A stretch of 64,000 bases of DNA, from contig URFW01000001.1 in assembly GCA_900547225.1 (NCBI GenBank), forward strand, positions 128,456 through 192,455. The letters are read 5' to 3'. Origin of the DNA: an uncultured Mycoplasmatota bacterium (lineage in GTDB: Bacteria; Bacillota_I; Bacilli_A; RF39; UBA660). Shown here piece by piece: positions 60,109-64,000 of the stretch. The position numbers were made by a program, and so were the translations under genes. Numbering within the stretch: the stretch's first letter is position 1; each line of letters opens with the position of its first letter. Under the pieces are notes generated by a model. The model was given only the letters and a program-made list of their open reading frames with translations. It was not told the origin of the DNA and did no database searches.

Positions 60109-60178
60109 AAGTGTCATAAAACGACACTTTTTTTATTTTTGATGTTTTATTATATAAAACTAAAAAAGGAGAGAGTTT
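60109..60178 (+). repeat. Copy B of the upstream cassette
   Basis: Identical to copy A over about 70 bp. Confidence 0.8.
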
Positions 60179-61006
60179 ATGAATGAACTAAAAGAATGCA
60201 CAGAAAAAATGTTTGAGGATATAAAACATATAGATGAAGAAGGTAATGAATATTGGCTAGCTCGTGAGTTACAAAGTACTTTAGGATATCATCAATGGAG
60301 AAGTATAAATGATTTAATTGTAAGAGCTAAAGTTGCTTGCAAAGAAAGTAAATATAATGTAGATGATCATTTTGCGGTACAACGCAAAATGATAAAATTA
60401 GCAAAAGGTGCAGCAAGAAAAGTAATAGATTATAAATTATCTAGATATGCTTGTTATTTAATTGTAATGAATGGTAATCCTAAAAAAGAAATTATAGCTC
60501 TAGGTCAAACTTATTTTGCAATTCAAACAAGAAAACAAGAATTATCTGAAAAAGAGTATTCAATGTTAACTGAAGATGAAAAAAGATTCTATCAAAGAAA
60601 CTTAACTAAAAAAGGAAATTATTCTTTAAACATGGTTGCAAGGAATGTAGGTGTTAGAAACTTTGATAAATTTCATAATGCTGGATATAAAGGATTATAT
60701 GGTGGTGAGACTGCAAATGATATAGCAAAAAGAAAAAAATTAAGATATAGAGAAGACATTCTAGATAATATGAATGAGGATGAGTTAGTTGCAAATCTTT
60801 TTCGTATTAATCAAACTAAACAAAAGCTTTTAAAAGATAAAGTGCAAGGAGAAAGTAATGCTAGTGATATACATTATGAAGTAGGAAAAAAGGTTAGAAA
60901 AGCAATAAAGGATATTGGTGGAACTATGCCAGAAGATATGCCAACTCCTAAAAAGAGTTTGAAAGAGTTAGAAAAAGAAAATAAAAAATTAATAGTTAGT
61001 AAATGA
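60179..61006 (+). CDS. DinD-family protein, paralog 2
   Basis: 275 aa. First 32 aa identical to paralog 1, divergent residues ~33-95, conserved central block, related C-terminus. Confidence 0.55.
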   Translation: MNELKECTEKMFEDIKHIDEEGNEYWLARELQSTLGYHQWRSINDLIVRAKVACKESKYNVDDHFAVQRKMIKLAKGAARKVIDYKLSRYACYLIVMNGNPKKEIIALGQTYFAIQTRKQELSEKEYSMLTEDEKRFYQRNLTKKGNYSLNMVARNVGVRNFDKFHNAGYKGLYGGETANDIAKRKKLRYREDILDNMNEDELVANLFRINQTKQKLLKDKVQGESNASDIHYEVGKKVRKAIKDIGGTMPEDMPTPKKSLKELEKENKKLIVSK

Positions 61007-61092
61007 TATATTACTTTGTAATAAGTTTACTAAAGTTTATTAAGATGATATAATTTTGTTGTTATTTTAAAGCTAAAAAGGAATAAAGAATT

Positions 61093-61551
61093 ATGAAAAA
61101 AGTATTTAAGTTAATGTTATTAATATTATGGATGATTTTAATATTTTGTTTTTCTAATCAAAGGGCAGATGATTCATCTAAATTAAGTGATGGGGTAATA
61201 GTAAAGGTAGCTAGTATTTTTGTTAAGGATAATTTAACAGATAATAAAAAGGATGAATTAATTGATAAATATACCTTTATAATTAGAAAAACAGCCCATT
61301 TTAGCGTTTATTTAATACTTGGTATACTTTCTATTAATTTATTATCTTCGTTTAATATAAAGCGTATTATTATGCTTTCTAGTCTATTTTGTTTTATATA
61401 TGCTTGTACAGATGAATTCCATCAATTATTTGTTATGGGAAGATCTTGTGAAATACGTGATGTTTTAATAGATACTTTAGGATCATTTGTTGGAATACTT
61501 ATTTATTACAAAATTAAATTATATATAAATAAAAGACAAAAATTAACTTAG
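61093..61551 (+). CDS. VanZ-like family membrane protein
   Basis: RKTAHFSVYLILG and DEFHQLFVMGRSCEIRDVLIDTLGSFVG motifs of the VanZ family. 152 aa. Terminator hairpin aagacaaa.../tttgtctt downstream. Confidence 0.65.
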   Translation: MKKVFKLMLLILWMILIFCFSNQRADDSSKLSDGVIVKVASIFVKDNLTDNKKDELIDKYTFIIRKTAHFSVYLILGILSINLLSSFNIKRIIMLSSLFCFIYACTDEFHQLFVMGRSCEIRDVLIDTLGSFVGILIYYKIKLYINKRQKLT

Positions 61552-61598
61552 TAAGTTATTATTTGTCTTTTTAATGATTAAAATAAAAATATCTTTTA

Positions 61599-61666
61599 AG
61601 TGTCATAAAACGACATTTTTTTATGTTTTATATTTTATTAAATAAAACTAAAAAAGGAGAGAGTTT
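61599..61666 (+). repeat. Copy C of the upstream cassette (slightly diverged)
   Basis: gtgtcataaaacgacat... aaaaaaggagagagtttATG. Shares an additional 20 bp (aaataaaaatat(t)ctttaag) with copy B. Confidence 0.75.
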
Positions 61667-62251
61667 ATGAACGAAATTAAAGAACATACAGAAAAGATAT
61701 TTGAAGATATAAAACATATTGATGAATATGGTAATGAATATTGGAGTGCTAGAGAATTTCAAAGAGTTCTTGAATATAAAAATTGGAGAAATTTTAATAG
61801 AGTTATAGATAAAGCTATAATTTCTGCTAATATAAGTTATCCTAATGAAAATTATTGGGGTGTCGAAGTCAACACCCCAATAAATAGTGGTAAGGGTAAA
61901 ATTGAATATATTAAAGATTATAAACTAATAAGATATGCTTGTTATTTAATAGCACAAAATGGCGATTCAAGAAAAGAAGTAATTGCGCTTGCTCAAACTT
62001 ATTTTGCAATCCAAACCAGAAAACAGGAATTATCAGAAAAAGAATATTCAATGTTAACTGAAGATGAAAAAAGATTCTACCAAAGAAACTTAACTAGAAA
62101 AGGAAATTATTCTTTAAATATGGTTGCAAGAAATGTAGGTGTTAGAAACTTTGATAAATTTCATAATGCTGGATATAAAGGTTTATATAATGGTGAAACT
62201 GCAAATGATATAGCAAAAAGAAAAAAATTAATAGAAAAATCAATTTGTTAA
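61667..62251 (+). CDS. DinD-family protein, paralog 3 (C-terminally truncated, 194 aa)
   Basis: Conserved N-terminal and central blocks, but ends RKKLIEKSIC* where paralogs 1 and 2 continue about 80 aa (RYREDILDNM...). Confidence 0.5.
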   Translation: MNEIKEHTEKIFEDIKHIDEYGNEYWSAREFQRVLEYKNWRNFNRVIDKAIISANISYPNENYWGVEVNTPINSGKGKIEYIKDYKLIRYACYLIAQNGDSRKEVIALAQTYFAIQTRKQELSEKEYSMLTEDEKRFYQRNLTRKGNYSLNMVARNVGVRNFDKFHNAGYKGLYNGETANDIAKRKKLIEKSIC

Positions 62252-62332
62252 ACCGTTTTTTAGTACTCTAGATATTTTTTCTAAAATATGCTATAATTAT
62301 TTAGCTTAATTTAAAGAAAGGAGGGAAATATA

Positions 62333-63979
62333 ATGAGTAAGATTAAGATATTTGCATTAGGTGGCCTTAATGAAGAAGGAAAGAATATGTATGTTGTTAA
62401 GGTTGATAATGATATATTTGTTTTTGATGCAGGTTTAAAGTATGCTAGTGATAAGCTTTTAGGGGTTGATTATGTTATACCTAACTTTGATTATATAAAG
62501 GAAAACATTAAAAACATAAAAGGTTTATTTATAACTCATGGTCATGAAAAAAACATGGGAGCAGTATGTGATATTATAAAAGAAATACCTAAGATAAAGG
62601 TATTTGCAACAAGATTTACTGCTGATATATTAAAGAAAGAACTAGAAAGTGAAAATATTAAATTTAAGAATCTTGTAGTAATTGATCCACATAAGAAAAT
62701 TAACTTTGGTAAGAATAGTATTTTTCCTGTAAGACTTACGCACTCTATACCAGATAATGTTGGGTATGCCTTAAACACTCATGATGGAACTATTTTCTAT
62801 ACTGGTAATTATGTTTTTGATGCGACTATGTTAGGTCCTTATAAAGCTGATATAGGTAAACTTGCATATATTGGAAAACAAGGTGTTTTATGTTTGTTAG
62901 GTGAATCTATGTATGCTGATAAGATAGGTTATACATCTCCTAAAAATCGTATTTCAAAGCTTATTCGTGATACTTTAAGTAAGACTGATAATAGAATTAT
63001 AGTTACAGTTTTTACAGCTCATGTATCTAGGATAGAAGAATTATTTAAAGAGATTTCTAAAACTACTAGAAGAGTAGTTGTTATGGGACATAAGCTTCAA
63101 GGAATTATTAATGATATATTAGATAGTAAATATATAGATTTTGATAAATCTAGAATAGGTGATTTAAGTAACATAAATGATAAGGATGCTGTTATTTTAA
63201 TTTCTAATGAAAGAGAAAAACCATTTATGAATTTAAATAGAATAATTAATGGTTATGATAAGTTTGTTAAAATAAAACCAACAGATACGGTTTTCTTTAT
63301 GGAACCTATAAATGATTATAATGAAAAACTTGCAATTAAGGTAATTGATGATATTTCAAAAGCAGGAGCATCAGTTGTTACTATGTCTAAGAAAGATAAC
63401 TTACTTCATCATGCTTCAAGTGAAGATATAATGCTTATGCTTGATTTAATGAATCCTAAGTACTATATGCCTGTTATTGGTGAGTATCGTCATATGGTAG
63501 CGAATGCTAATGCCGCAAGTCACATAGGAATGAAAAAGGAAAACATTTTATTAAAACAAAATGGTGATGTTGTAACATTCATTAATGGTAATTTAAAAGA
63601 AACTCGTGAAAAAGTTAAAACAGATGATATTTTAATAGATGGTAATTCATCTCAAGATATTGGTGGTTTGGTATTAAAAGATAGAGAACTTTTATCTGAT
63701 AATGGTATTGTAATTATATGTGCAACACTAGATAAACAAACTAAAGAGATATTAGCATATCCTCAAGTTTTAACAAAAGGATTTATTTACGTTAGAGAAA
63801 GTACTGATTTAATTAATGAAATGAAACGTATTTCTCTTGAGGTAATAAATGAAAATACTGATAATAATTACGTTGATTATAACAAGATTAAAATGGGCAT
63901 TAGGGAACGTTTAAGTCATTATTTATATGAAGAAACAGAATGTAAACCTATGATTATTACGGTTATTCAAGAAGTGTAG
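62333..63979 (+). CDS. rnj: Ribonuclease J
   Basis: 548 aa. IFALGGLNEEGKN, HGHEKNMG (HxHxDH variant) metallo-beta-lactamase, beta-CASP and C-terminal domain. RBS aaaggaggg. Confidence 0.9.
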   Translation: MSKIKIFALGGLNEEGKNMYVVKVDNDIFVFDAGLKYASDKLLGVDYVIPNFDYIKENIKNIKGLFITHGHEKNMGAVCDIIKEIPKIKVFATRFTADILKKELESENIKFKNLVVIDPHKKINFGKNSIFPVRLTHSIPDNVGYALNTHDGTIFYTGNYVFDATMLGPYKADIGKLAYIGKQGVLCLLGESMYADKIGYTSPKNRISKLIRDTLSKTDNRIIVTVFTAHVSRIEELFKEISKTTRRVVVMGHKLQGIINDILDSKYIDFDKSRIGDLSNINDKDAVILISNEREKPFMNLNRIINGYDKFVKIKPTDTVFFMEPINDYNEKLAIKVIDDISKAGASVVTMSKKDNLLHHASSEDIMLMLDLMNPKYYMPVIGEYRHMVANANAASHIGMKKENILLKQNGDVVTFINGNLKETREKVKTDDILIDGNSSQDIGGLVLKDRELLSDNGIVIICATLDKQTKEILAYPQVLTKGFIYVRESTDLINEMKRISLEVINENTDNNYVDYNKIKMGIRERLSHYLYEETECKPMIITVIQEV

Positions 63980-64000
63980 TTAATCTCACTTCTTTTAATT

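Noticed and set aside
58800-62300. Prophage or integrative element explanation for the DinD-like array
   Set aside because: No integrase, recombinase, terminase, capsid or att-like flanking repeats are present. The only non-dinD gene is a VanZ-like membrane protein. I treat it as a chromosomal paralog array rather than a mobile element.
1-64000. CRISPR arrays / cas genes
   Set aside because: No regularly spaced short direct repeats with unique spacers and no Cas-like proteins were seen. The only tandem repeats are the ~70-bp gene-upstream cassettes at 58.8-61.7 kb, which are far too long and too widely spaced for CRISPR.

Overview
This is a very AT-rich chromosomal segment from a low-GC Firmicute, Clostridium-like (tentatively C. 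perfringens-like). The call rests on a SipW/TasA-like matrix operon, ymcA next to miaB, T-box leaders and the codon usage. Nearly all genes lie on the + strand. A housekeeping backbone (rmuC, scpA/scpB, murC, galE, ftsK/spoIIIE, deoD, serS, murD, miaB, tyrS, rnj, and tRNA-Leu and tRNA-Met on the minus strand) is interrupted by several accessory modules. (1) A five-gene module: RelA/SpoT-family protein, PAP2 phosphatase, OGG glycosylase, then (after a 64-nt gap) a 96-aa hypothetical and ftsK/spoIIIE. (2) An M16-peptidase pair followed by an ABC ATPase, an ABC-2 permease and an ABC-F protein. (3) An orphan gene fusing a type IV pilin N-terminus to a leucine-rich-repeat domain. (4) A putative Ser T-box-like leader controlling a GNAT / DUF1653 / small alarmone-hydrolase-like HD protein / serS operon. 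(5) An AT-rich islet of small paralogous unknown genes between serS and murD. (6) A biofilm-matrix-like operon: TasA/camelysin-like protein, a SipW signal peptidase fused to a large polytopic membrane domain, and a 516-aa membrane protein, right after miaB-ymcA. (7) A Wzy-dependent capsule/polysaccharide locus (cpsC-D-B, phosphoglycosyltransferase, GT2, GT4, Wzy, Wzx, LCP) with a nonulosonic-acid branch: a NeuA-like cytidylyltransferase fused to a PseG/SpsG-like domain, plus a NeuB-like synthase. (8) Between the LCP gene and rnj, a decaying tandem array of three DinD-family paralogs. Each is preceded by the same ~70-90 bp hairpin-containing upstream element. They are interleaved with a VanZ-like gene and with a frameshifted remnant fusing a vanZ 3' end to a dinD-like fragment. 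I found no CRISPR array, integrase or rRNA. The DinD-like cassette array, the T-box/SAH/serS coupling and the membrane-fused SipW are the most unusual features.
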